A DNA stretch of 60,107 bases from a virus (lineage: Duplodnaviria; Caudoviricetes), in IMG/VR virus record IMGVR_UViG_3300005613_000072, positions 1-60,107 of that record; one strand, given 5' to 3'. Position numbers and translations under genes: made by a program. Positions 20,844 through 30,866 of this stretch are shown piece after piece. Every line of letters begins with the position of its first letter. The first letter of the stretch is position 1. Below the pieces are notes generated by a model. The model worked only from the letters and a program-made list of their open reading frames with translations, ran no database searches and was not told the DNA's origin.

Positions 20844-21563
20844 CTAAAGTTTTTGTGCTAATTTCAAAAGCGCATCTCTCTGCTTTTCGTACTCTTCAAG
20901 ACTCATGCCTTGAATTTTCTTGGCGTTTTCGTCCATTTCTGGTACACCAGCAGGTTCTGAACTCGGAACATTATTGGGCGGTAGTTTTGTTCCTCGGCGT
21001 TTTTCTTTTTCTTGGGTAGCAAGCTCTTCTAAAATTCGTTCTTTCATGGCTTTGTAAGTTTCGTTAGATCGCTTAACGGATTCTAAGATTGCTTCTTCGG
21101 AACTACCGGAAATAATATCCGGGATAATTTCCGATCCGTACTTAGCCAATTGTTTTTCTTTGAACAAATCCAGTTTTGCTTGCTTAATGTCTCGTTCGAA
21201 AGATTCTTTTTCTACCAGCAAACTTTCCCGCATTTTTTGAATGTCTGTTAGCGTAGCGGCTGCCCTTTCCTCTGGCGTCGGTTCTTTCTTTTCGACAAAC
21301 GCCTCAGAAAGTTTGGAAAATTTACTGTCGAACGAACTAAGTTGGTTCTGCAAAGCCTTAAGCTCGTCATTCTTTTGCGCGTTTTCAGACGAAAGCTTTT
21401 CCAGCTTTGCGTACAACTTTTCTTTTTCGTCTTTTCTGGCTTCCTCAACAAGTTTCTGCACTGCCGCATCCTTGGTGATGTCTGTCCTAACGGAAGAGCT
21501 TTCCTCCGTCTGTGAACCAGTATCTTTAGGATTTTCCTCGAAAGTAGTTTTATCAGTATCCAT
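20844..21563 (-). CDS. Capsid scaffolding protein
   Basis: Charged coiled coil (EEARKDEKEKLY) ending MSLEEYEKQRDALL, directly upstream of the capsid gene. Start reassigned to ATG 21563. Confidence 0.85.
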   Translation of the reverse strand: MDTDKTTFEENPKDTGSQTEESSSVRTDITKDAAVQKLVEEARKDEKEKLYAKLEKLSSENAQKNDELKALQNQLSSFDSKFSKLSEAFVEKKEPTPEERAAATLTDIQKMRESLLVEKESFERDIKQAKLDLFKEKQLAKYGSEIIPDIISGSSEEAILESVKRSNETYKAMKERILEELATQEKEKRRGTKLPPNNVPSSEPAGVPEMDENAKKIQGMSLEEYEKQRDALLKLAQKL

Positions 21564-21588
21564 GCTAAACCCCCTGAATAATTTTCTG

Positions 21589-21773
21589 ATTATACCATAA
21601 ATTCTGTAGCTTGTCAATAGGTTGTGCAAAATAAAAATGGGCGGGATTTTTATTTTCCAGCAACTATTGGTATTATACCACAAAATTTATCGTTTGTCAA
21701 TAGGTTGGTAAAAATACGGGCGGATATTTTTACCAACTGTGGGTATTATACCACAAATTTTTTGGTTTGTCAA
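21589..21773 (-). promoter_or_regulatory. Three tandem consensus sigma70-type promoters driving the virion operon
   Basis: TTGACA-N17-TATAAT with a TG extension at 21617-21589, 21700-21672 and 21773-21745. Confidence 0.9.
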
Positions 21774-22057
21774 GGGGTACAAAAAAATTTATTTTTCAAA
21801 GAACTAAGTTTCTGGTACTTAGACGTAAAAAATTGCTTTTTAGTTCAAGTTAGTTATATCTAACTTCGGAATTAATTATTTTCTGCGAAACGATGTATCT
21901 ATGCCGGGCAAAAAAGAAACCGGTTATTCTGTGTGGTGGCAATGTATTGTTCTATGGCAAGGGTAAAAAATCCTACGGTACCCCAGAAAAAAAAATCGCC
22001 GAAAAAAAAATCTATCCCCACATAGGATTAGCTTAGTTACTTTCTTAGAAAAATTTT

Positions 22058-22282
22058 ATCCACGGTGGGGTGGTTTTTCCCCACCGTGGGTACCCGTAGG
22101 GTACGACGGAAAACCTGGCGTAAAAGAAAAAAGTGCACAAAAAAGAAAAGATTACCAGTGTACACTACGTGTACCCACGGTGTGGAAGATCACCACACCG
22201 TGGATCATAAAGAAAAAGAGAAAAAGAAAGATAAAAGATCTTAAGTACTTAAGATCTTAAGTACTTATATATATATATATAT
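22058..22282. other. Symmetric hairpin dyad plus palindromic and (TA)n tract (candidate origin or packaging site)
   Basis: Two inverted ~51-bp arms, each with two hairpins; a central A-tract/GTGCAC; the 24-bp palindrome AAGATCTTAAGTACTTAAGATCTT; and a (TA)8 run. Confidence 0.6.
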
Positions 22283-22426
22283 GCACACTGACCATTTTTT
22301 TCGGCTGAAACCCGCATCAACAGCCAAAAGTTGCTTGCAAAAACGCTGTGTTTGGCTATTTAAGCCTATCACAAAATCTGTTATTTTTGTTATACTCACA
22401 GCGCTGATTTGTAATTTTTCTGATAC

Positions 22427-22501
22427 TTGACTTGTAACAAAATTTGTGGTAAAATTATTTTGTTCAGGGGGGTTGACAAACGGGAAAATTTGTGGTATAA
22501 T
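22427..22501 (+). promoter_or_regulatory. Two tandem sigma70-type promoters for the rightward operon
   Basis: TTGACT-N17-TAAAAT (22427-22455) and TTGACA-N17-TATAAT (22473-22501), both with AATTTGTGG before the -10. Confidence 0.88.
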
Positions 22502-22516
22502 TGGAGGTGATGAAGG

Positions 22517-22810
22517 ATGATTGAAAACAAGCTTAGCTTTTTATTGCACGATAATCCAGAGCTAACTAAGTATTTAGACGGGTTAGAGTACTGGATTATT
22601 CTGGCTGAGTCTGCTTTTCTACCCACAAAAAATATTGGTTTACTGAAGCTAAGAAAACTCGGGCGGGTAATTAGCACGGTGCCAATAGAAAAGTTAGATT
22701 TATCCAGCAAAGCAAAGGATGATTTGGATCATTTAGTTGATTACGAAAAGGTCGGTAATTTGACGTATGCTAACATTGGAAAACTTCTTTTTAAGCGCGA
22801 AATTTTCTGA
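22517..22810 (+). CDS. Hypothetical protein (97 aa)
   Basis: First ORF after the promoter, with GGAGGTG RBS. Confidence 0.7.
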   Translation: MIENKLSFLLHDNPELTKYLDGLEYWIILAESAFLPTKNIGLLKLRKLGRVISTVPIEKLDLSSKAKDDLDHLVDYEKVGNLTYANIGKLLFKREIF

Positions 22811-22841
22811 TGACATCACAGTACGGAAAGGGGAAATTTTT

Positions 22842-23552
22842 ATGAATCTGATCGAACTTCTGTCGTTTGGTGTGTTAAAAACCTTGGCGGAAAAAAAGGC
22901 GCTGGTTATTTTTGTGCTGCTTGTTAGCGAGGCGATGAAAGAAGTTGCTTTATTCAAGCAAATGGTAGAAGCTCAACTTTCAGTTGATAACATCGCAACC
23001 CTGACAGGCGCTGATAAAGCGGATATCACAGAAAAACTAAAATTATTGGAATCTTTGAACCTAATAAAACTGACTGGTAGTCATATTTTAGTTGGTAAGG
23101 TTGTTGATGAACAGTTCTATTTGCTGAACGAAAAAACACCACAAAATTCTTCTAAAAAAGAAATGCCAAAGGTAATTACTGGGCGGTATATTCCATTGGC
23201 AAAAAAAGAAGAGGACTACGAAGTTATCGAGTGTCTAATCTACATGAACAGACTATTCTATGAAGAATTCGGTTTTAGTGAAACAACTATTTTGCCTAAG
23301 CAGCTTAATAGTCTAAAAAGTATCTATAACACATCTGGATTAAATCTAAAACAAATCTATAAGGTTTATAAATTTTATCTGAAAAATTTTAGAACTTGGG
23401 GTGTAAATAGCCCTACTATGCCAGCATTTAATGGGTTTTTTAACGCTGTTATTATGGACTACAAACAGCTTGGCAAAAAAAGTTACGACAAGAAAGAAGA
23501 AACAAAACCAGCTGAAGTTTTTAGCGGATTTGTGGGGCGGCATCATGAATAA
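22842..23552 (+). CDS. Putative replication initiator (winged-helix N-terminus)
   Basis: HTH-like segment (SVDNIATLTGADKADITEKLKLLESLNLI), immediately upstream of a DnaC-like ATPase. Start reassigned to ATG 22842. Confidence 0.55.
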   Translation: MNLIELLSFGVLKTLAEKKALVIFVLLVSEAMKEVALFKQMVEAQLSVDNIATLTGADKADITEKLKLLESLNLIKLTGSHILVGKVVDEQFYLLNEKTPQNSSKKEMPKVITGRYIPLAKKEEDYEVIECLIYMNRLFYEEFGFSETTILPKQLNSLKSIYNTSGLNLKQIYKVYKFYLKNFRTWGVNSPTMPAFNGFFNAVIMDYKQLGKKSYDKKEETKPAEVFSGFVGRHHE

Positions 23553-24162
23553 ACAACTGGCAGTAGCTACATACGAACAAGCTGGACTACCTAAGAAATA
23601 CTGGAATTTTTCTTTTATCGATTTCACAGAACTACCTGTAAACAGGGAAAAATATCAAGACATTGCTAAGAAACTCAAAGCCTACGCAGATAACAGATTA
23701 GATACCAGTGGCTATGGCATAATGTTTACAGGTCCTTTTCGAAGCGGAAAAACTGCTTTATCGATTGCATTTGCAAAGTATTTCATGAAACAGCATGGAT
23801 TTATGCCTATGTTTGTATCAAATCATAGACTATATTCTGCGTACTTTGGTAACGATTTATGGTCATTTTCTGATCTACTTTTGAGCAAGTTTATCATTTT
23901 GGACGATATTGGAAGGGAATATAAACGCAAAGATTTTGCCGGAAATGTTTTAGAAGATTTGATTAGGGAACGAATTAACAGCAACTTAGGAACACTAATT
24001 ACAACTAATCTAACTCCGGATGAATTGAAAGATTTTTATGGGACGGCTTTTTATAGCCTACTAAATGAAATGTTTAGACTACAGGTTAAGATGCCAGAAA
24101 TGCGTGATAACTTCACTATGATTAGTGATAATGTTTATAAAAAGTTGGGTGGAATTACGTGA
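23545..24162 (+). CDS. DnaC/IstB-like AAA+ helicase loader
   Basis: Walker A GPFRSGKT, Walker B IILDDIG, and LITTNL. Confidence 0.85.
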   Translation: MNKQLAVATYEQAGLPKKYWNFSFIDFTELPVNREKYQDIAKKLKAYADNRLDTSGYGIMFTGPFRSGKTALSIAFAKYFMKQHGFMPMFVSNHRLYSAYFGNDLWSFSDLLLSKFIILDDIGREYKRKDFAGNVLEDLIRERINSNLGTLITTNLTPDELKDFYGTAFYSLLNEMFRLQVKMPEMRDNFTMISDNVYKKLGGIT

Positions 24163-25709
24163 AAAAAATTAATCTCGGAAAACCAACCCCGAAATTAGAA
24201 GATGCTATATCTTCCAATGTAGATGAGTCTAAAGATAGGGGCTTTGACGTAGATTTTTTGGCGGAAAAAATCATTACGTTTGGCGAACTATTTGATAATA
24301 TAAGCTTATACGAATACCAAAAAGAAGTTGGTATGCACATTGTAAAAGATATTTTGCTAAACAGGGGCAATGTGTTTACAGTAGAGATAGCTCGGCAAGC
24401 CGGTAAAACAGAAGTTTTAGCACTTATAATTAAAGCTATGGCTATTTTGCTACCAAGGCTTGCCGAAATTTTTCCGGAAGAATTAGGGCACTACAAACGT
24501 GGATTCAAATCTGGAATTTTTGCGCCTCAAAAAGAGTTGTCTAAAACAATGTACGGGCGGGTACTTGATAGGTTAGACTCAGAAGACGCACAACCTTTTC
24601 TACTTGATCCATCAATTAACACGGACTTAAAATCGAGAAATCCGATTAAACTGTCGAATGGTTCATTAATTCAAGGTCACTCTTTGTTAGCGAAAAACTT
24701 GGTATCTTTCACCTATGATTTTATTGTAATTGACGAAGCCCAAGCTATCCCTGATGATGATTTTGTTACTGAACACGTTTATCCTATGGGATCAGCAACA
24801 AATGCATCTATTGTACTTGTTGGGGTTGCCGGTGATCAAGAAGGACTATTTTCATATAACATAAACACTAATCGCGAACGGGAAGATGGCGATGAAAAAT
24901 ACCACTTTGAGTACGATTATAGACACGTCCAACAGTTTAACCCGCGGTATGAAAAATTTGTTGCTAAAAGACGCGAAGATGTGAAGCGGGGTATTATGAG
25001 CCAAACTTCCTTTGATAGGGGGTATTTGTTGAAGTGGGGATTTAGCAGCGAATTATTTTTGCCTAAAGAAAGACTTACCAGTATGCTTGATACTTCGTTA
25101 GACTATGTACATACCGACATGAACCCTCTATCCGTAATTATCGCCGGTATTGACCTGGGCAAGAAAAACGATAGCACCGTTGTGACCATTATGAGATTTG
25201 AAAATGATAAGTACCGTGTGCTAAAATGGCTACAATTAGATCGCATTCCATACTCGGAGCAAAAATTAAACATATACGATTTCTTAGCAAACTATAACAT
25301 ATCAAGTGTATTAATAGACTCTACCGGTGTTGGCGAAGCCATTGCGGATGAAATTGAAGCTTACTATGAGTTAGGTAAGATATTTGTCGACAGATTTGTA
25401 TATTCGGATAAAAATAAATCCGCGGGATATGTACTACTTGATGAATTAATCGAGAAAAATAAAATTGTTATACCAGCAAACTATGCCGTACAACAAACCC
25501 CAGAGTATAAAAGATTCAGGCGTGACTGTATGTCAGCACATAGGGGATATCGTAGAAGCTACCTTACTGTTGAAACCCCTAATTCAAAAGCGCGTACTTT
25601 GCACGATGACTATCTTGATTCTTTAATGTTAGCGGCTTACTGTATGGGCGAAGAGTTGCAAAACGAGGAAATTAGTGATATTCCCGGAAATTTTTGGTTA
25701 AGAGACTAA
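24159..25709 (+). CDS. terL: Terminase large subunit
   Basis: YEYQ adenine-binding motif, ARQAGKT, IVIDEAQ, and nuclease motifs GIDLG...DST, DSTGVG, HDDYLDSLMLA. Confidence 0.93.
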   Translation: MKKINLGKPTPKLEDAISSNVDESKDRGFDVDFLAEKIITFGELFDNISLYEYQKEVGMHIVKDILLNRGNVFTVEIARQAGKTEVLALIIKAMAILLPRLAEIFPEELGHYKRGFKSGIFAPQKELSKTMYGRVLDRLDSEDAQPFLLDPSINTDLKSRNPIKLSNGSLIQGHSLLAKNLVSFTYDFIVIDEAQAIPDDDFVTEHVYPMGSATNASIVLVGVAGDQEGLFSYNINTNREREDGDEKYHFEYDYRHVQQFNPRYEKFVAKRREDVKRGIMSQTSFDRGYLLKWGFSSELFLPKERLTSMLDTSLDYVHTDMNPLSVIIAGIDLGKKNDSTVVTIMRFENDKYRVLKWLQLDRIPYSEQKLNIYDFLANYNISSVLIDSTGVGEAIADEIEAYYELGKIFVDRFVYSDKNKSAGYVLLDELIEKNKIVIPANYAVQQTPEYKRFRRDCMSAHRGYRRSYLTVETPNSKARTLHDDYLDSLMLAAYCMGEELQNEEISDIPGNFWLRD

Positions 25710-25719
25710 GGGGTGAAGT

Positions 25720-27117
25720 ATGGAAAATATACTTAGTGTAATCCGAAGTGACGAAGAGTACATGACAAAACGTGCGAAATGGAATTTATATTGGATGGCT
25801 TTTAGAGGTATTTACTATAACCGGTTAACTAAAAAATACGAAGAAGATGTTGCTGTAAACAACCTAAAAAAAGTTGTTACCACACTTAACTGGTTTTTAT
25901 TCGGCGAATCTGGCGCACAACCGTTCTTTAATGAAGGAACTAAAGGGGTTCAAATGGCGGTGCAGCAAGTGTTAGATTATGCTAATTTTCCTGCAATATG
26001 TAATGATATTGGTTCGGATGCCAGCATTTATGGGGATGCTTTTGTTAAACTTGGCTACGAAGAGCTTGAAGCGGATGATCCAAGAAAAGTAAAATACGGG
26101 CTTAAAAACGGAATCATAAATATGAAAGTTGTTGATCCTGCAATAGTGTATCCAAAGTTAAGTACCCTTGATAAGGACAAAGTAGAATACTATGTAATTG
26201 ACTATACCACTGACCAGTATACGTATACTGAAATTCACCATAAAGATCGCATAGAAATCTACAATAACGACTCACTTGTAATGGAACATGAAAATCCTTT
26301 GAATGAATTTCTAATTGTTCACGTTCCTAACTATCGTAATACTAAGTCTTTTTATGGGCTATCTGACTTTGAAGATGTTTTCCTTTTGAACCGCGAGATT
26401 GTTGCTAAAGTCAAAGACTTGTCTGATATCATAGACTACCATGGTAGCCCTATTACACTTTTGTTTGGTGTTAAACGCCAAGATTTGATCAAGGGTGCGC
26501 GAAGAGTTTGGTCCGGGTTACCAAAGGATGCTAAAGTAGAAAACCTACAGTTAGATACTGACTTAGAGTCTATTAACAATTTTATTAAGTTGCTGGATGA
26601 TAAAGTTTGGGAACTTGCAGATATCCCAGAAATTGCGCGCGGAAAAAAGATTTCCATCAGTAATACATCTTCTGCTGCTATGAAAATGATGTACTACCCG
26701 CTTATTCAAAAAGCCGGAAGGAAGAAGATTCTTTTAACTCCAGCTGTTAAAGATATTATCTGGCTTGTTATGTCCTTGTTAGAAGCTAAGGGAGAGATTG
26801 AGTTACCTACAAATCCGATGGATTTTAGGATTGAATATCCATCACCATTCCCACAAGATGAACTTATTGCTATGTCTGTTATTGAACGTAGAAAAGCACT
26901 TGGAATGATCACTAAGCGCAAGGCTTTGGAATATATTGGTGAAACTGATATTGACAGGATCATTGAAATTTTGGGCGAAGAATTTCCAGTAGAAGAAGAT
27001 GGTGTCAACCACGCTAATAATGAAAAACAACGCGAAGTAAAAGATTCTTACTACTCCGAGCTTCAACAAGAATCCGATCCACTATACCAGGACACGGAAA
27101 ATATAAAGGTGAAATAA
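25720..27117 (+). CDS. Portal protein (SPP1 gp6-like)
   Basis: 465 aa after terL, with YGDAFVK, HVPN...YGLSD and SNTSSAAMKMMY.PL motifs. Confidence 0.9.
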   Translation: MENILSVIRSDEEYMTKRAKWNLYWMAFRGIYYNRLTKKYEEDVAVNNLKKVVTTLNWFLFGESGAQPFFNEGTKGVQMAVQQVLDYANFPAICNDIGSDASIYGDAFVKLGYEELEADDPRKVKYGLKNGIINMKVVDPAIVYPKLSTLDKDKVEYYVIDYTTDQYTYTEIHHKDRIEIYNNDSLVMEHENPLNEFLIVHVPNYRNTKSFYGLSDFEDVFLLNREIVAKVKDLSDIIDYHGSPITLLFGVKRQDLIKGARRVWSGLPKDAKVENLQLDTDLESINNFIKLLDDKVWELADIPEIARGKKISISNTSSAAMKMMYYPLIQKAGRKKILLTPAVKDIIWLVMSLLEAKGEIELPTNPMDFRIEYPSPFPQDELIAMSVIERRKALGMITKRKALEYIGETDIDRIIEILGEEFPVEEDGVNHANNEKQREVKDSYYSELQQESDPLYQDTENIKVK

Positions 27118-27479
27118 TGCAGTATAATGAGATTTCTTTTAACGCTGGCATGACAATTGTTATAGACGATACGTTTCTTATAGCGGATAAAAATTTAGAC
27201 TTCGAAATAATTTCTGCGCTAATTAGGGTTGTCATGGAATTAGATGTGAATACTTACGTCTATACAACCAAGCGCCGAAAAAAGTTGATTGAAAAACGTA
27301 TTGATCTATTAGACCTTCCTGTAAAATATATTCTTTACCCCGAAGACCTTGACGTTGTGTTAAAAGGGCACAGCGTTAGGTTTTTTACAAAAGACCCAGA
27401 ACTCTCGGCGAAATACAAACAAGCACATCGACTACAAAACATGGAAGAAATTTATAAGTATCTGATAGTGGAACTTTAA
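27117..27479 (+). CDS. Hypothetical protein (120 aa)
   Basis: Translationally coupled ORF between the portal and helicase genes. Confidence 0.7.
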   Translation: MQYNEISFNAGMTIVIDDTFLIADKNLDFEIISALIRVVMELDVNTYVYTTKRRKKLIEKRIDLLDLPVKYILYPEDLDVVLKGHSVRFFTKDPELSAKYKQAHRLQNMEEIYKYLIVEL

Positions 27480-27504
27480 CCATACGCTGAAAGGATGATT
27501 TACT

Positions 27505-28722
27505 ATGGAAGATAAACTTTTATCTAAGATAATTGATGAAAAAAAATTCCCGGAAAAAACTGAAGCGCACCACTTTATTAGGAACAAAGAACTATTTTTA
27601 TACCTACAAAAATTTTTCCGTGAGTATGGAACACTACCAGATATTGATACTATCTTTGAATACTTCCCAAACTTTGCGTATTCTAAAGCTGTAGAACCGG
27701 TAGAATTCTACGAAGAAAATGTTATTGCAAATTATAACATTGGAAAATTAAACGGCGGAATACTTGATAGCTTATCTGCTTTAGAAAATAAAAACTTAGA
27801 CGCTGCTGTTACTAAGCTATATGATGTACTTACTCAAATTGAAGAAAAAGAACTTACTGATATTTCTATTGACGACTTAACGATAATGAGTAAGTATGAA
27901 CATTCTAATGAACGTATAGGTGGTTACTATACCGGTATTGACAGATATGACGAACTACTTGGCGGAGTTTTCAAGAAAGAATTACACATTATAGCTGGTA
28001 GGGCCAAAGTAGGAAAAACAATGTTCATGCTGAAAGTTGCCCATAATATGTTTATTAACGGGGCAAACGTTATGTTCATTTCTAAAGAGATGAGCGCAGA
28101 AAAACTTGTGCAAAGATTTGATGCTATCCATAACAATATACCATTAGGCAATATGCGTAGCGGGAAACTATCCTTTATTGACGTAGAAAAAATTCGCCGG
28201 TCAAAAGAAGAGTTTTCAAAAATGGATAATAGCTGCGTATTTTTAGCCAATGAAAACTTAGATAGACAGACAACCGTATGGAGTATTGTACAGAAGATTA
28301 ACAAGTATAAACCAGACGTTGTTTTTGTTGATTCCTTCTACTTGTTTAATGACGGAGGAAAAAACTCCGATGTGTGGGTACGCGTGGGTAATGTAGCTAA
28401 CGATTTAGCTGATATTGCACGTAGGTGTAACGTCTGTATGTTTGGTTCAACGCAGCTTAATAGGCAAGTTTCCGAAAAAGAAAATAATACTTCTTTCAAA
28501 AGTGTGGGTTATTCTGACACCATTATTCAAGTAAGTAACTCGTTGCTAACCCTGTATCAGAATCCTATTCTAAAGAATGCTAATGTGATGAATCTATCTT
28601 TAATTGCTGCACGTGATGGTGAAATAGGGGAATTTAATCTTGAATGGAATTTTTCTTCTGGGTGTACAATAAACTCAATTGATGAAGAATTTGATGATGA
28701 GGAGCTTATCGATGTTGACTAA
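27505..28722 (+). CDS. dnaB: DnaB-like replicative helicase
   Basis: AGRAKVGKT, FISKEMS, VVFVDSFYL, TQLNR and ARDG motifs. Confidence 0.92.
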   Translation: MEDKLLSKIIDEKKFPEKTEAHHFIRNKELFLYLQKFFREYGTLPDIDTIFEYFPNFAYSKAVEPVEFYEENVIANYNIGKLNGGILDSLSALENKNLDAAVTKLYDVLTQIEEKELTDISIDDLTIMSKYEHSNERIGGYYTGIDRYDELLGGVFKKELHIIAGRAKVGKTMFMLKVAHNMFINGANVMFISKEMSAEKLVQRFDAIHNNIPLGNMRSGKLSFIDVEKIRRSKEEFSKMDNSCVFLANENLDRQTTVWSIVQKINKYKPDVVFVDSFYLFNDGGKNSDVWVRVGNVANDLADIARRCNVCMFGSTQLNRQVSEKENNTSFKSVGYSDTIIQVSNSLLTLYQNPILKNANVMNLSLIAARDGEIGEFNLEWNFSSGCTINSIDEEFDDEELIDVD

Positions 28723-29545
28723 AAGGATGTTAGAGAATGCCGGAATTAGTGTTGTAAAAGAAGGCAATGACGGGAACTTTGTGTGTCATTGCCCTTTTCA
28801 CGAAGATTATCACCCGTCTTTCGCTATTAAGGACAATGGTCTATGGATATGTTTCTCGTGCGGTCGAAAAGGTAATTTAGAGACACTAAGTTACTTACTT
28901 GGTGTGACTTTTCCAGAAACAGACTTAGCCACTGTAGATGATGTTAAACACAAGTTAGCATCTAAGGATATTGATACATCTTCTTTTTTAATTGAATGCG
29001 GGGTATACTTTGATACTTATGACCATACTTACCTTTCTTCGCGCGGAATTTCTTTAGAAACAGCAAAAAGATTTTTTACTGGGTACGATAGACTTACACT
29101 AAGCGTTGTTTTCCCATTCAAATCCCACGAAGGGAATATTTTTGCTTTTACTAAACGTTCAACGGAAACGAAAGCACATAAAACTTACGGTAAGAAATCT
29201 GACGGGTTTTATGGGCAACAATTCTTGGACTATGACAAACCTATTATAATCGTAGAAGGGCAAATAGATGCTATGACTGCGTACCAACTTGGTATAGAGA
29301 ATGTTGTAGCTGTTGGCGGGGCTACGTTATCCCAAAAACAAATTGATATTATAACACGATTTCCCAAAGTTATTTTAGGATTTGATAACGATAAAACCGG
29401 CAAAGAATCTAATCTACACTACGGCAATATATTGTTCAGACTTATGCCTACGTATATCATTGACTATGGTAATGCAAAAGATTTCGGGGAATCAGATGGG
29501 GATGTTAAATTTGTCCACTATGTGAGGTATCGATGGAATGTATAG
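28712..29545 (+). CDS. dnaG: DnaG-like primase (CHC2 zinc finger + TOPRIM)
   Basis: CPFHEDYHPSF...CFSCG, VEGQIDAM and FDNDKTG motifs. Confidence 0.92.
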   Translation: MLTKRMLENAGISVVKEGNDGNFVCHCPFHEDYHPSFAIKDNGLWICFSCGRKGNLETLSYLLGVTFPETDLATVDDVKHKLASKDIDTSSFLIECGVYFDTYDHTYLSSRGISLETAKRFFTGYDRLTLSVVFPFKSHEGNIFAFTKRSTETKAHKTYGKKSDGFYGQQFLDYDKPIIIVEGQIDAMTAYQLGIENVVAVGGATLSQKQIDIITRFPKVILGFDNDKTGKESNLHYGNILFRLMPTYIIDYGNAKDFGESDGDVKFVHYVRYRWNV

Positions 29546-30866
29546 AGATAGTGTATTACATTTACCGGAAGAGTATGAACCTGTCATACGCGAAAAATAC
29601 AAAATATTAAATCCCGCTTGGGTATATGCCGCACGACATGGTTACGAAGGCAGACAAGAAACCCGTGCAAAATATCTACTGTTCTACTGGAAACAGCATG
29701 GACGGTTAAATGTCCCACGGATGTACGAAGACGAGTCACTTCCAATGGACTTAATAGAAGATAAAACATTATGGAACAACCCCGTAGACATGGCATTTAA
29801 GGGGAAACTATTCCCAAAACAGCAAGAAGCTTTTGATTTGGTAGCAGAAAAAAACGGCAATGTGATTTTAGAAATGCCTACCGGAACCGGTAAAACTGTA
29901 GTTGGTATGGCTTTAGCAACGCACTTTAAGCGCAGAACACTAATACTTACACATAAACAGTATCTACTAAAACAATGGGAAGCACAATTTAGGGAATTTA
30001 CTAATGTTAAACCACAACTACTTAGAGCGGAAAGAATGCAATTTATAAACATTCCACAGGTAATGATTGCTATGGCACAAACTATTCGGGCAAGAAAACG
30101 TATGCTGTATGAATCCGGGTTTTTTAATCAGTTCGATGTTCTTATAGTTGATGAATGCCATAGATTTTCCGCATATACTTTTTTTGATGCGATTGCAAGT
30201 TTCCCCGGAAGAATTAGGCTTGGACTAACCGCAACGGCATTTAGAAACGATGGTATGGATATTATATTCAGAGATAGTATTGGACCTATTATAACCGTAG
30301 ATGCAAAGATTGAAAAGTATCCCACAATAATAGTTAGGCATACTAACTATAAGCAAGCTGGTAATCCAAACTCAAAGTATAGTATACTGATTACTCAAAT
30401 GTCAAAAAGTAAGCGGCGGAATAATATCATTCTAAAAGACGTCTATACCTGTGTAGAGAATGGTAGGACTGTCTTAGTTCTATCCGACAGACTAAATCAA
30501 GTAAGAAATATCAAATCTTCGCTTGAAACAAAATTCCCAGAAAAAAAGATTGCTATACTTACGGGAAGCGATCCGATTGAAGTTGATCCAAAAACAGCGG
30601 ATGTAGTAGTAGCAACAAACGGAGTTGCTAAAGAAGGTGTGGATATTCCGCAGTTAGACACATTGATATACGCAACTCCTATATCAGACAGAATCAGTGT
30701 TATTCAGTCCATAGGAAGATTATTACGCGGGCAAAATGAAAAAGAGCTACTAATTTTCGACTACGTAGATGCTTCCCCAATGAGCAAAGCCCTATATGCT
30801 AAAAGACTACCATTTTATAAGGCTATAGGCATTGAAAAAATTATTCACAAAAAGGGGGATTTTTGA
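29538..30866 (+). CDS. Superfamily II DEAD/DEAH-box helicase
   Basis: PTGTGKT, DECH, LTAT and QSIGRLLR motifs. Confidence 0.92.
   Translation: MYRDSVLHLPEEYEPVIREKYKILNPAWVYAARHGYEGRQETRAKYLLFYWKQHGRLNVPRMYEDESLPMDLIEDKTLWNNPVDMAFKGKLFPKQQEAFDLVAEKNGNVILEMPTGTGKTVVGMALATHFKRRTLILTHKQYLLKQWEAQFREFTNVKPQLLRAERMQFINIPQVMIAMAQTIRARKRMLYESGFFNQFDVLIVDECHRFSAYTFFDAIASFPGRIRLGLTATAFRNDGMDIIFRDSIGPIITVDAKIEKYPTIIVRHTNYKQAGNPNSKYSILITQMSKSKRRNNIILKDVYTCVENGRTVLVLSDRLNQVRNIKSSLETKFPEKKIAILTGSDPIEVDPKTADVVVATNGVAKEGVDIPQLDTLIYATPISDRISVIQSIGRLLRGQNEKELLIFDYVDASPMSKALYAKRLPFYKAIGIEKIIHKKGDF

Noticed and set aside
19798-20847. 349-aa plus-strand ORF antisense to the capsid gene
   Set aside because: Shadow ORF from codon bias in a highly expressed gene, with no recognisable motif. 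The same applies to the other short antisense ORFs in the track.
22090-22174. REP/BIME elements (GTAG plus hairpin)
   Set aside because: GTAG lies in the hairpin loop rather than at its foot, there are only two copies, and no RAYT/TnpA gene is present.
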